DNA from: a virus
Strand: one strand, 5' to 3'
Length of the DNA stretch: 64,000 bases
IMG/VR virus record: IMGVR_UViG_3300013113_000285
Span: 6,863 to 70,862 of that record
Part shown: positions 26,276 to 39,300 of the stretch, in pieces
How positions within the stretch are numbered: the first letter of the stretch is position 1
Layout of the letters: each line of letters begins with the position of its first letter
Position numbers and translations under genes: made by a program
Notes under the pieces: model-generated
Seen by the model: the letters and a program-made list of their open reading frames with translations, nothing else
Database searches by the model: none
Told to the model about the DNA's origin: nothing

Positions 26276-26294
26276 TTTATCCCTCTTTATAGAA

Positions 26295-26302
26295 TAAATA
26301 GT
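26295..26302 (-). promoter_or_regulatory. Late-promoter-like motif ACTATTTA
   Basis: 20 nt upstream of the ATG at 26275. Confidence 0.6.
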
Positions 26303-26324
26303 TTGCTAGTAAATTAGCGTGATG

Positions 26325-29309
26325 CTATGTTGAAAGTTCGTCAATAGCTCTGTTGAGTTCTTGTATTTCAGCCTCTAGCGCAAGGATTGTACCATTTAGT
26401 CGCCTGATTTCATTAAAAATATCGTCCATTAGGTCGGTCTTGGTGGCGTCCCAATCATCATGCAGTAGTTGCAACTCTTCATTGAGTGCTCTCGAAGTTG
26501 TAGAAAGTTCTTCTTGCTGCCCTAGTCTTGCGTTTCTTTCCTCGATTAGACGCAGTAAGTTTTGCTGCCTACGGTTCGACTCGAACAGTGATTGTCTAGA
26601 CAAGATATCTGCTCCTGGTCCTTCATCAACATTCACATTATCTAGCAAAGGTGCTTCGTATCCATCGATGTATTCATACACAAAGTTTCCAACAGGCTTT
26701 ATAATAAAAAATGCGTCATAAATAGGAGTTCTGGAATTTGTCGCTCTAATTCCCAACTCCTCCATGTGATAAGGTTTTATTCTACAAAGAAGATTCTTGT
26801 CTGTATTGTTCTTGTAAGCGTCTAAAGTCAAGCTTTCCCATTTTGGAAGACTTACATTTTCTCTCCCTTCCGCTTGCTCGAAGCCAGATAGGAAAGAAAC
26901 TCTAGTTAGAAATTCAGAACTTACAACAAGCGCTGACTCTTCTATATCACCCTCTGAAGACGTAGAACTAGATACTACCTGATTAGGTGCCTGCTCTATT
27001 GCTTCTCTCTTCTTCACTGGTGTAAGGTTTGAATACGCTGAACCAGGAACTGGAGCTTGCAAGTTTGCTGCTGACACTACCGCACTTCTTCTTATAGAGG
27101 TTTTTATCTCTTTAGCTATCTTATCAAAGACGAACTCTTCAAAATTCTTTTGAGCTACAAAATCGTCCGAAGCACGTAGGCGAGATTGTCTTTCTAGCAC
27201 CTCTATAGTTCTATCTGGTAGGTTTCTCGTTCTTGAGGTTGAATCTGTTCTGCCAGAGTCGTCGTTTAGCAGAGTTTTTTCAGATTCTGAATTTCCGAAA
27301 GATGCTCCTTGTTTTGCCAGATAAGATGCTTCCTTCCTCTCATCTATAGATGGCAATACTGGTACACCTGGAAGATGTCTCTCCATATTTCTAATAATAT
27401 CATTGTTTATAATAGCCCTGCTTGAAACAGCGTCGTTCTTGCCAGAGAACACTAAGGGGTCTGCAACTGGGTTTATTGCAGCAGAGACAGTAAGGAACTC
27501 TGAGCCAGAAGCTGTCAAAGATACCTTGTTTGCACCTGGCATGTCATCATCCAAAGCAGGGACGGTGACCTGCCTAGTTCCCGCTGGAAAGAACTTATTT
27601 ACCTCGTTATCGACCCGACCTTCATATTCTGCGCCATCAATAACACGTATTCCGACTTCTCCCGAGTCACGGGATAAAGAAGAAACCTCTCTCATCACCT
27701 CTTCTGGTGCTTTTTCAGCAAAATTAGAAAGGTACTCCATTCCTTCCATTTTTGGAATGTTAGAGTCAAATATCTTATCTGGAGAAGTATAGAATTTTTC
27801 TGTTGAAATCCTTATATCCGAAGCAGAGACGTTCTTCTTTCCAGTGTAATAGTCTGAAGACTCTCCTATAACTGATGCTGCGTTAGCCAGCAGTGTTTCC
27901 ATAATCTCAATAATCATCTCTAGTTCTTTTGGAGATTTTATTGTATCCATTCTAAAAAATCGATTTATTGTGGGTAAATTCTTATTGCTTATATTTCCCA
28001 TAAAAGTCTTATAAACATCGATTACTCTATTCTTTGCAGTTCTAAATCTTTCTTTCTTTACATCGTCTCCGATAATATCTTCGAGAGGCATTGTGTATAA
28101 GTTTGTTCTAGCATTATAAAATTTTGGAATAAGAGACATTGATAGAATTTCTTTCATAATAAAAACCCTATCACTAAGTGCTTTTAGCTTTCTTAGTAAA
28201 ACCTGCCTTGTCGTATCAACGACGTCGAATGAAATTCCATAAGAATAGGTACCATCCGTGATGTCAGCAATACTGTAGTCAGTGCCAGTTATAAACAGCA
28301 AATTGTTATCATTCAATCTGCTTTGACTGACTCCTGTTATGTTTATTTGCATAATAGAGCCAGTTTCCGTAACGACCTTATCAAAGAAGTTATTAGATGC
28401 AATCTTTCTTGTTTCAACTATTTCTTCTAAGGAATATTTATCAGGAAAGTCTATGACGCTTCTTCCGTTCTTGTCACTGACAACCTTCACTCTCTTCCTC
28501 ATTACCTTTAGAGAAGGAATTTGTATTTGCCTTATTAGCTCGTATTTTTCTAAAGGGCTGAGTCTTTTGTATATTTCCCTGTATTGGCTGTTCTTTTCAA
28601 AAAACGAAACTGCATCAAAGATAAAAACAAATTTAGCCTCACCTTGAGCGTTTCTTGTAATCCACATATCTGATAAGAAGTCTTTCGACATTTCCATATC
28701 AAACTTCTTTTTGGCAGAAACCTCAGTGGCGAGAAATTCAAAAACTTCTGCTTGTTCTTCAGAGAGTTGAAATTTCTTCAACTCTTCTCTTATTCTAAAA
28801 TCTTGGACTGGATATTTTAGTTTGGAGTTTTCGAGAATAACTATTTCATTTTTCTTTACAGCACTCAACTTGGTTAGGTCAAAAAGGTCTATATCAAAGT
28901 CTCGTTCCATCTGACCTACGTTGAATTTTGTCTCTATCTCAAAGGTTAGATTCTCTGGTTCTTTACCAAGTAAGAAAGTTTTCTCAAATGTAAATTTCTT
29001 TACTCTAGAATTGTCCGCCTCTTCTATCAACTCGCCAAGAGTAGTGTTAGTCAAAACAGGTCGCTCTGCTGACAACTGAGGGAACAGGCTATCTTCTCTA
29101 AGAATTGTAGTTACAAGGAAATACTTCTCATACTCTATTTGATTGAACCATGTGCCGATAGCGTCTTGCTCTACAACATCAGATATCGAATAAACTATTC
29201 TTAATAATATCCCCTGCTCGTCGCCAGTTCTATTGCTCTCGAAAGTTATACTTTCTATAGTAGCTTCAGGAACAAGAGATTGTAAAATTTCCATTTCTGT
29301 TTGAGCCAT
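26325..29309 (-). CDS. Hypothetical structural protein (994 aa) with C-terminal coiled coil
   Basis: Long ORF in the baseplate operon. Confidence 0.6.
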   Translation of the reverse strand: MAQTEMEILQSLVPEATIESITFESNRTGDEQGILLRIVYSISDVVEQDAIGTWFNQIEYEKYFLVTTILREDSLFPQLSAERPVLTNTTLGELIEEADNSRVKKFTFEKTFLLGKEPENLTFEIETKFNVGQMERDFDIDLFDLTKLSAVKKNEIVILENSKLKYPVQDFRIREELKKFQLSEEQAEVFEFLATEVSAKKKFDMEMSKDFLSDMWITRNAQGEAKFVFIFDAVSFFEKNSQYREIYKRLSPLEKYELIRQIQIPSLKVMRKRVKVVSDKNGRSVIDFPDKYSLEEIVETRKIASNNFFDKVVTETGSIMQINITGVSQSRLNDNNLLFITGTDYSIADITDGTYSYGISFDVVDTTRQVLLRKLKALSDRVFIMKEILSMSLIPKFYNARTNLYTMPLEDIIGDDVKKERFRTAKNRVIDVYKTFMGNISNKNLPTINRFFRMDTIKSPKELEMIIEIMETLLANAASVIGESSDYYTGKKNVSASDIRISTEKFYTSPDKIFDSNIPKMEGMEYLSNFAEKAPEEVMREVSSLSRDSGEVGIRVIDGAEYEGRVDNEVNKFFPAGTRQVTVPALDDDMPGANKVSLTASGSEFLTVSAAINPVADPLVFSGKNDAVSSRAIINNDIIRNMERHLPGVPVLPSIDERKEASYLAKQGASFGNSESEKTLLNDDSGRTDSTSRTRNLPDRTIEVLERQSRLRASDDFVAQKNFEEFVFDKIAKEIKTSIRRSAVVSAANLQAPVPGSAYSNLTPVKKREAIEQAPNQVVSSSTSSEGDIEESALVVSSEFLTRVSFLSGFEQAEGRENVSLPKWESLTLDAYKNNTDKNLLCRIKPYHMEELGIRATNSRTPIYDAFFIIKPVGNFVYEYIDGYEAPLLDNVNVDEGPGADILSRQSLFESNRRQQNLLRLIEERNARLGQQEELSTTSRALNEELQLLHDDWDATKTDLMDDIFNEIRRLNGTILALEAEIQELNRAIDELST

Positions 29310-30322
29310 TAGCAGTCATCTCCGAAAGGTGGTAGTGAATCCATGTCCTTGTAGATAGAGCCCATATCACTGTCGCCCTCTGTCTTTCCGCAATCGACTC
29401 TAATATAACCTCTCTTGCTGAAGTCTGTTCTATATCCGAGTCTGCATAAGTCATCGATATCTATCTCGCTATCCAAAAGAACATTCAAGTAATTTTCAAT
29501 ATTTGTTTCGTCAACCTCTACTTCCAAGAGGTCGGACTGCTTATCAACGTATAATCCATCAACAATATTCTCTTCGTTCTCACGAGTAAAGGATAAAGGA
29601 ACTAATGTTTCATCAGAGGTGCCCTCTTCTTCCTCTACCAAAAAGAATTCTATTTCATAGTTTTCTGACAAAGAGTCTGTATGCAATTCATCTACTTCTA
29701 TAATAATATCATTGTGCCTTATCATAATTGCGTTGCCATTGTCAAAAAACTCTTCTTGAGTAATAGCGTTCGTACCACCAGTTTGTGGGTGTGCGAATTC
29801 AACGCCGCCGTTGTCCTCTTCTGATATAACCTTTACTTTATAGTCAAGGGATTCTAGATTCATTTGAGGTATCGGAAGTACTCTATCGTTGTCCGATGTA
29901 CTTACGATAAGTTGCTGCTCGAAGTTTGCTCCGTGAAGAGTAACATCCCAAGAGGGAGCAAAGTCAGAAGCAAGAGAGCTTCGACCGAGAGGAGCAGAGA
30001 GAGAATAGTGTCTTTCCTTTGTTGTTTGGAAAGAATCTTTCAGCTTCTTATCTTGTGTTCTTGACTCTTCTATTTGTTTTTCTATTTCAGTCTCTAAACC
30101 AGTATAGGTCGTTTGAACTCTTAATCTTGGAGTCTCATCTAGAATTCTTGTTTGAGCGTAGTTTTGCTCTTCTGCCGTTCCAGCATACTCTGCATCATAT
30201 AGCACGTCATCGTCAAAGAAGGCATAAAAGGTTGGACGTAACTTTCCCTTTGATAATAGATGCTTGCCATAGGAAGTAAGTTCAATTTCAATAACTTCTT
30301 CTTTTTGATTCTTGAAGGTCAT
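29309..30322 (-). CDS. Virion structural protein, paralog of 22916..23896
   Basis: EIELTSYGKHLLSKG...FYAFFDDDVLY N-terminus. Confidence 0.6.
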   Translation of the reverse strand: MTFKNQKEEVIEIELTSYGKHLLSKGKLRPTFYAFFDDDVLYDAEYAGTAEEQNYAQTRILDETPRLRVQTTYTGLETEIEKQIEESRTQDKKLKDSFQTTKERHYSLSAPLGRSSLASDFAPSWDVTLHGANFEQQLIVSTSDNDRVLPIPQMNLESLDYKVKVISEEDNGGVEFAHPQTGGTNAITQEEFFDNGNAIMIRHNDIIIEVDELHTDSLSENYEIEFFLVEEEEGTSDETLVPLSFTRENEENIVDGLYVDKQSDLLEVEVDETNIENYLNVLLDSEIDIDDLCRLGYRTDFSKRGYIRVDCGKTEGDSDMGSIYKDMDSLPPFGDDC

Positions 30323-33300
30323 TCTTCGCTTTCTCCCTTTCTCTTCCTATATTGTTCTACTGGGTCAATTTCTTTTTCAGCATTTGCTTCGACCTGTATC
30401 ATTTCCAACATAGTGAAGTAGTCATATGGGTAATTATACCCGTACTCAGGTTCTTTCGTACCAACCTCAAAATCAAATTTGAATCTGCTGTCATCTCTTG
30501 AGTCTTCAGTCAAGTTGTAATAACTCTTTTCTGCCTTCTTCTTGACCTTGAAGACCATCCAACGAACACCCTTTGGAATCTCGCCAAGATTACCAAATAA
30601 TTCGTGCGAGTTGATTTCGTGTGAAATCTCAACAGAGTCAAGAGACGCTTCCTTAGCAACTTTTGGTTGGAGTCCTTGCCAGATGTTCGACAAGTCTTCT
30701 CTATCCAAGGTGTGCTTGAACTCAAAGAAATACATAGCAAAAGGTGCCTCATCGTAAGTCTCGAAGTCGAAGAGAGGAGGAACATTGTAATTTCTCATAC
30801 CCTCAATCATATTTGTGATTGAAGTTTGTCTAATCTCTTCACCAGAATCAGTTGTGTAGATAACTTGATTCTTATCAAAGTCTCTCTTTTGCTTCCTGTA
30901 TTCAAGATTGTTAATTTTTATAAAGTTTCTATCATCAACGTTTATAGTAGCATATACTTGTCTTGACTCTCCACCAAAAAGTCTTTGCTCTGTCGTCAGT
31001 GGCTCATCCAAGAAAGGAATCATAAGGACTGCTTCCGAGATTTCCTTTGAATCGGCAACTCGACCAATCTGTTTTGTTTCTGGAGTAAAGCCGCAGACCT
31101 CGATAAGTGAGCCAGTTGTAGCAGATACACCTTGAGGAAAACTCTCTCTAATAGAGATAGTAACACCCTTTCCATCAACCTGACTACCATATCCCGCCCA
31201 AATGCCAGAACCTGTTCTCTTATCTGTAGTGAATCTTTCCGTATTTGTAGTATCAAGATAAGAAGAAGTGTATTCGTAGTTGTCTGTCGATACTGTTTCT
31301 GCCGTATCAGTTGTAATACCAAGTGTCGATAAAGTACCCTCGTCAGAAGCATTGGATGCCGCAGAGAAGTCAAACAGAGGACACTCGAACTTGCTGTAAA
31401 TAACCCAAGTATCCAACTCTTCATTGTTAGCTGTAGAAATAGAAACTGGATTTCCTTCTTCGTCAAATTCTTGTCTGCTCAAACTTGTCTTACCGAATAG
31501 TTCGATACTTGCCGATAGAGGCATTCGAGAACTAAATGCTACAGAGTCTTGATAATCCCCATCGTCTGGAGATTGAGGCGACCCTGACACAAGACTCTTT
31601 CTCACTCTACCAAGAGCTTGATTTGAAAAATACTCATCAACTTGTGGAGATACTTCCTCTATTTCTGAAAATTTAAAAATTTCATCTAAAGAATACTTCT
31701 TTGTTTCGGTTGCTGAAAATGAAACTCTAGCAGTCGTTGATGCGTAAAAATAAGGAGGAACATAGGGTGCAAACGCAGCATCTGAAATTTTATCCTTCTC
31801 ATATCCGTAGAAATCAAAACTACCGTCGCCGTCAATCCATCTCACTGGTGGTCCGAAATATCTACCTCCGAGACCGCCTGGACTATTCACTGGTAAAAAT
31901 TCTGAACTCTTATCAAGAACGACGTCCATGTAATAAGTTGAACCGCTTTCCATCAAATAACCCTCTCCTTGAGGTTTAGCTGAAGCAAAAGAGGACAGAC
32001 TTTCACCCTTGATAAAAAACTTCGTCGTCTCAGCAATGAAATTGTTTATAGACAGTTCATACCTATTGTCCTTACTTTGCACTCCCTTTGATATCTCAAA
32101 GTACGGATAGTTGTAATTTTTATAGTTTGAATTTGCAGTATCTTCAGTAACCGTGTATGCGCCTCCAACGGCAGTTATATTATAAGCTACTGGGTCTTCG
32201 TAATACGAGGGGTTCATAAGGAAGTGCTGATTTTGATGCGTCAATATGTGATTAGTCGAATCAGAAACCTGAGTACCGTCTCTACCGTCTAAAAGATATT
32301 TGTAAGGGTCGAGAATAGATTCAAATGGCAACCTCTTACTAGGAGCCTTTGTAATTATCAAATTCTTTATATTATAATCTACATTGAAATTATTTGGGTC
32401 CGTGTAAGAATTCAAAACAGCACCTTCATTAGTAGTTATGGATTTACTAAAATCTGTTATCTCAGAAGTAGCTGTTGTTGAATCAACCGATGTTGGCTGA
32501 GTAACTAATAATTCCGTAACATCATAAGAACCTGTTCTACCGCCAGTATACCACTGCGGAGCCATTCTACTCGAATATTTTAAAACAGAAGTGCCATCTA
32601 ATGTTTCGTAATATTTCACAGAATCACCAAAGTAGCTTGGTTCTAACCCACTCTCGTTCGTATAAGACGCCCAGTCGCAAGCAACACCAGCTTTGATTGA
32701 GTTATAAAGAATACCAGGAGCAAAGAAGTGTTGTAATGCCGCCTGGACTGCCTGGTCCTTATAAACTTTTTCATCGTGAATAATATCTGGAGATATTTTT
32801 TCAACAAATAAGTTCGCTATCTGCACTACTCTGTCTTGCGGATAAAACCCTTCATAAGGAAGAAGTTTCTTGATAGCGTTGACTTTTAGCTTCACCGTCT
32901 CTGTTGTGTCAACGGCGAGTTCATCGTGTTTTTTATCTGCCTTCTCAATAAAATTGATATTATCTGTATGAACGTATGAATTGAAGAAGTCACTATCCCA
33001 TTGACCTTGATTCACAACTTTATCATAACTTGGAACGCCGATTCTATGCCATACAGGAAGAGATGCTTCTATCAATTGCTGTTCTTCCTTACTATAATTT
33101 TCTTCATCAAAATCTGAATACTGTACAAAGGCAGTAGAACCTGCTAAAATCTGAATTCTCTGAGCTTCTGCTGCGATATACTGTTCTGCTGTGATTCCAA
33201 CTTCTGATATTTCAATATCATCAACACCCCAAGTGTCTGCGTTAGACGTACTGCTTCCGACTTCTGCATAAGATATCCATCTTAGATAAATTGGATTTGC

Positions 33301-36300
33301 CTGGCTCTCACCAACGCCGTTTATAGTCCTTGTTACAGTATTTATTAAATTCCACTGACCAGCGCCTGTAGAGCCTCCTCTATCACCAGCCTGAATAGGT
33401 GAACCAGAAGTAGTCCATGTTCCCGCTGTGCCTACCTTGTATTGTAGCCACAAGTCTTCGCCAGCACTCTTATCTGGAGCCTCGGTCAAGTCATAATCTC
33501 CGCTGCTGCGACCTTCATAAACTTTAAAAGAGACTTCGATACCAGTTGCAAATACCTGTGGATGCTGTATCCACCTGTAATGGTCATTGGATGCACCTGT
33601 TGGACCTGGTGGGTCATCTACATCAGAATGTAAATCTGAATGTCCTCGAAGACCAAAAACTGAATTTCCAGCGCCTAACGTACTAGCTTGAATGGTTGGT
33701 CCGTTAGCTGGAGTTTCATCAGATTCGTTAGTTGTCCATCCCAAAGGAACGATATTAGAACCCGATGCGCTTTCAAAATTACTATAATATTTGCCACCAA
33801 GGTCAAATTCGCCGTTATCCACAGTCGCAGGAACTGGAAAGCTATAGACTTGACCTCCCGAGAATATACTTTGATTCACTGTGGTGTCGTATACACAGTT
33901 TCCAACGATTTGATTGTTTGCAAGAAGTTCATTAACATTATTTGGAATACCGTTGTTAAAAATTGCAGATATAGAATCAGAAGGCAAAATACCTCTAAAT
34001 ATCGTGAACTCGTCAAGGATGCCCTTAAACCTATTTCCAGTTGAAGCAGAATTATCACGAGACTGATGATAGTTACAGTTTCCTACTACAAAGTTAGAAA
34101 TAGTAGTAATGCCCTTTAAATTAGCATCTGAGAATGAAGTATCGTAATCTGCAAACCAAGGTGATGTATCAATGTGTTTCCAATCTCCCATAGGACATGG
34201 CGAATAAGCAGAGATAGATTGACCTCCTGAATTTCTTGAAAGATAATTTGACGAGGTTAATTCTGCTACGTTTACACCATAAAGTTCATCGCCGTTTAAC
34301 CAAACTTTTATTAGATAATTCAAGTCTTCGCCACCAGACGTCGCTGTATAAGAAGGTGGAACTAGTTGAACAACAATGTTATTCATCTTACTCTCACTAA
34401 GAAGTGCAATTGACCCGTCTGAATTGAAGAAGGTATAAACACTGGAAGTTGCTCCAAGTGTGGTTCCAGGCATACCTTCATCTGGTGTTGCTGTTCCGTC
34501 AGACACGACAAAAGTCAAACCAAGGTTTTGATAAGAAGTGTGTCCGTTCATGTAATAATAGTGGGAGAATAGATTTATTGACCTTTCTCCGCTTCCAGAA
34601 CCAGCAGACCACATTCCATAAGATGTGTTGGGTGCAATTGTTTCTGGTTGTGCCCAAATAGACACGGCGATAGGCATATCATCAAAAGTGGCGTTAGGGT
34701 CTACTCTAAAACCATTGGATAGTGGGGGCAAATTATCTTTCTTAATAGAATTTATATTAACAACAAGATAATCGTTAGTGGTATCTAAATCAAACTTTCC
34801 TGCCGCACTAGTCCCATTTTGATATGGCTCAATTGAAGTATAATTTTCAATACTTGATGCGTTTATTTCTACATTTGAATTTACACTATTAGATATCGAG
34901 AAAGTACTATTACTTGGAGCATAAATTGGGTTATATCCAAAGAACCCTTCTGCATTATTCTTTACAAGTGTATCATCAGAAGACGAAGTTGGATATGCCG
35001 TCAGTGTTAGGGAATTATCCTCTTTCTTTATGGAATAAAAAGAGGAAGTTTCTTTTATGGAAGTTCCACTTGATAATGTGTGAAATTCTCCGTCGTGACT
35101 TGCTCCGTCAAGAGTCAAGAAGTCATAATTCTTTGCCCTAAAATTGCCACCATTCTCTAAAATGTATTTATCCATATGCTCTGATATTCTGAACTCGGAT
35201 ACAAGACCATAGTTTTGTGCTGCAAGCTTGACTTCTTCTGAGAAAGAGTCATAGTCATTATAAGCTGGTTTATTATCAGAAGTAATTGGTTTTCTATTTA
35301 TCCAACCTTCAGATTCTTTATAACTCTCGTTATAAGGATTATGATAAAGTTGTGGTGAAGGAATTGGTGCCGTCTTATTTCTTTCTATCTCAACAGAAGA
35401 ATATACAGGTACAATATCACTAGAAGTTGATTCTGCTTCGCATATCTCCTCAAGCCCTAAGAAACCTACTGGGGTACTTGGGTCATATAATGGATGCTCT
35501 GTATCAGTTATATCTAAGTCTTTTCTTGTAATCATATGGCGTGTTCTGTCTTCGCCCATATAAGTCAAGTCGCCAATTACTTTGTAGTGCTCTTGTTCTG
35601 TAGAGCTTGACTGAGAAAAGTGATACCCATCCATAACATCTACTGAGAACTTTTGCTTGAATAATCTCTGAAACTCAGGAGTCATTTCATACCCAAGCTT
35701 CGTAGTATTAGAGCACTTGACTCTATCGAACATCTTGTCTTTCCAGAAGAACTTGTAAGTATCAAACTCACTTCTAAATCTTGTCTTCTTTAGACCCACA
35801 TTCTTGTGCTTTGGAAAGATAAGTTCTCTTGCGACCGAGCGAGAGAACAGGAGTTCAGCTTTCTTGAATACCTCCATCAAAGTCTCAGAGAATCCACTCT
35901 TACTAGTCTTATCAATATCAACTGCCCTTGTCAGTTCTTCATTAGAAAATACTTCCAAGTTGTTAGAGTAGGAATAGGTCAATGGACTAACATTCTTTCT
36001 CAAATCTCCCAAGGTTTCCCCTTGGGCTGCGAGATTTGAATATTCCTCGTTCAAGACATAGTGAGTGTTTGGTTTGTTCCAGACAACTGCTGGTTCGACA
36101 AAAGTACTCACGCTTCTATCTAAGGCTCCATTTCTAGGAGTTCTGTTGAGTTGAGAATAAGTATTTGTTTTACGCTGACTGATGACCTGGCTGTTTTCTA
36201 CGTTTCTGATAAATCGATAACCAGCACCTTGGTAGTCTGCATAAGATGCTTCGTACCCTTCATCTCCCTTTACAATATGAATATCATCATAGTAACCACT

Positions 36301-39300
36301 AAAGCGAACTGGTATTGTATCAGCAGCACAATGAGTATGAGGGTGCGGATAAGGTGCTTCGCCTGGACGATACTTATCGTAATCAATAGATGCTGTGATA
36401 AAAGCATATTGTAAGTCTGACCTTGGAATCTGATGACTAACATAGGCATTATCATACAGGGTCTTACAACCAGTCTCAAGTGGTCTAAGTGCTGGGTTTC
36501 TATTTACTTTATGAACTGAAGGAATACCAGTTGTGGTATCTTCATATCCTTGCGAACCTTGATATACACCACTGTGAGTGTAAAGTCTTCTTTGATAATC
36601 CAAACGTTCTTCTAAATTTCTAAAATTCACTGAATTATAAACACTGAACTCTTCAGCTAATGTATCCAAATAACCTCTAGAGAGAGTTAGTGGGTCACCT
36701 GGTGCAGAGAACCTCTCGACAAAAACGTGCTCTGTTCTTCCTCTGTCTGGTAAAGAAAACTCAACTGTACCCGAAATAAACGGAGAAGTTGTCTCGGTTA
36801 GGGATACCCCTTCGTTGCTTACAAACCAACTATTATTCTTTGTTCTACCTGAAGTTTGTACTATCTCGTAATCTCTCTGGTAATTACCGAAAGGTTGGTC
36901 TCCTTCAGTTTTGATATTCTCGATATTTACAGGACGTTTTGCGAGTTCATCTCTTGTAAATCGAGCAGCAGGAAGATTTGGGTCAACTTCGTGAGGATGT
37001 TTCAGTACGCCAGCGTCATCGATATAAAGTTCTGGTCTATCTGTCTGTGTCTTATAGAAAATGTGCCTATGCTGATTTCCACCAACCCAAGTCTCAGTAA
37101 ATGGACCCTGCATTGGTATTTCAGCATCATCACCGTAGGAATCACTATGTTGTCCTGTAATATATGGAGATGCGTCTCTGAAGTCTGCTCCATAGTAGGG
37201 ATATGCAAAATCACCATTTAGATATTCTGTAAGACTCGTCTCTGTGTCTGAGATAGTTATAGTAGTTGTTCTCTTTACCTTATAAAGTTTCTTCCACTCT
37301 TCATAAGTTGTTGGATTGTCTCCATTATCAATATCAATACCAACGGTTGCTACACCAGGAATAATTCTAGTTGCTGCTCTAATAAAAGCATTAGGGTCTT
37401 TTGTTGTTGGAGAAAAATTGCTTCCACCATGAATGGTTGGGGCAATATCTAAGTTCAGTCTATAAGGTTTAGCGAGAGCCCTGGTAACATATGCTTGACC
37501 TGAATAAGTTGGTCCAGGCACTGCTGGAACGCCAGGTGATGCAGGGACCAGTGGAGACTCACGAAGAATCGGCATATCTTGTTCTACACCTGATATAATC
37601 TGTGTTCTGCCTGCTGTAGTTCTTGTGGATACTCTTCTCAATACTTCTCTGTTGTCATCAACATCAGAATCGCCAGTTGTGATGAGTGGGTCGGTACCTT
37701 GGACTCTTTGGTCGCCGTATAAGAATTTATCGTCCTCGATGGTTTCCGAACCAACAGGTGTATGACCGTCTTTCCAATTGTAAGTAAGTTCATTTATTCC
37801 CTTTACAATACCTAGTGGTGGTTCCCCCGCCATTTCCAAGGTTGGGAACTTCGTCCAATATTTATTTCTCTCTAAGACGTGAGACTCAACCATATTTCGT
37901 AAGTCAGCAGAGAAATTGCTTGATACTGGAATAAGCTCTTGCAGCATTAGTCCGATGGAAGAATCAATCCATTTGTATAATTCGATATACTTCTCTAAAC
38001 TTGGAACATTATTGACTTTTTCGAAATATCGTGCTCTAAACTTTTCTAATGCTTTGTATTGTAGTCTATATCTATTGACTGGCTGACCTATCAAATCGTT
38101 GAATTCAACAATAGTAGCGAAAAGATTTATCATGTCGTCAGATATAGTTTGGTACATGCTCTTTTCTGCTGCAAAGAAGTGAGTTACAACTTGTGCGTCT
38201 TTTGTAAAAGTTAGGTCATCCTGAGAACGAATCTCAACTAAATCTTCCGAGTTGATAACTTCTGGTGTCCTATGTTTTGCAGAATGAATAAACTCCCTGT
38301 TAACAATTTGCTTGTCGTCTTCTGTAAAATATACACCCTTGCCAGTCACCTGATGTCCTACAAGGTCTGTGAACCATCCATAACGTCCTGTGATGATATT
38401 ATCTGTACTCAGCGTAACTTCATCAACAATAGAAGCCCCATTCGTAAGCGTACCGTGGTTGGAACCGATATAGTCTTTTATACCATTAGCTCCAGTGGTA
38501 TCTAAGTCATCGCCCATCTTCCACCAAGAAATGATAGAATCCTTATCAGAGAACCTATACATATTCTTCACAGCATTACTGTTGTAAATTTCTGTTACCT
38601 CTGCTTGGCTCAATTCTTTATTAAAAATACAGACGTCTGCTATCTTATCCTCAAATGCTTGACCAGCAGAAGGTGGGTCGTTATTTGTCCTACCAATTAT
38701 GAGAGGTTCAGAAGTATTTGTCATTCCAGAATATGTACCTGAAGTTGATACCGTTGCTGCCTGAGGTGAAGCATCCACATAAAATGTAACGCCTGCTCCA
38801 GTGTTACTTCCATCGTAAGTCATTACGACGTTGTGCCAAGTTGAATTTGTTATCCCAGCAGAGTTTGCAAAAATATTGACTGAGTTGCCGAAGCCGCTGC
38901 CGCTGTATAAAAATGCTCGAAGTCTACCAGATTCGTGCTTGAAAATATATTCAGTTGGTGTTGCGCCGCCAACTGTAGCCTTTGAAACGAAAGGTCCATT
39001 GTCGCCACCAGACGCATTCTCAACATAAACCCAAGCTGAAATTGAAAAAGGTTCGTCATTGCTTGCGCCGTCTGTGAAAGAAAAATCATCACTATCCAAA
39101 ACTTTAACATGGTCTGTTTGTCCCGCTGTGATATCACCGTCGAATTGAATCGCTTTTGCGTTTATAGGTATTGTAGATTTATCAAAATCTTCAGACAAGT
39201 CATCTACTATGAATTCTCCGCTTCCATCAGTCGTAGTAACCTCGGAAAAGTCCCAGTGCATTGCAAGAGTATCTCTTCTTGGAACCTGTATTGCAGAAGA

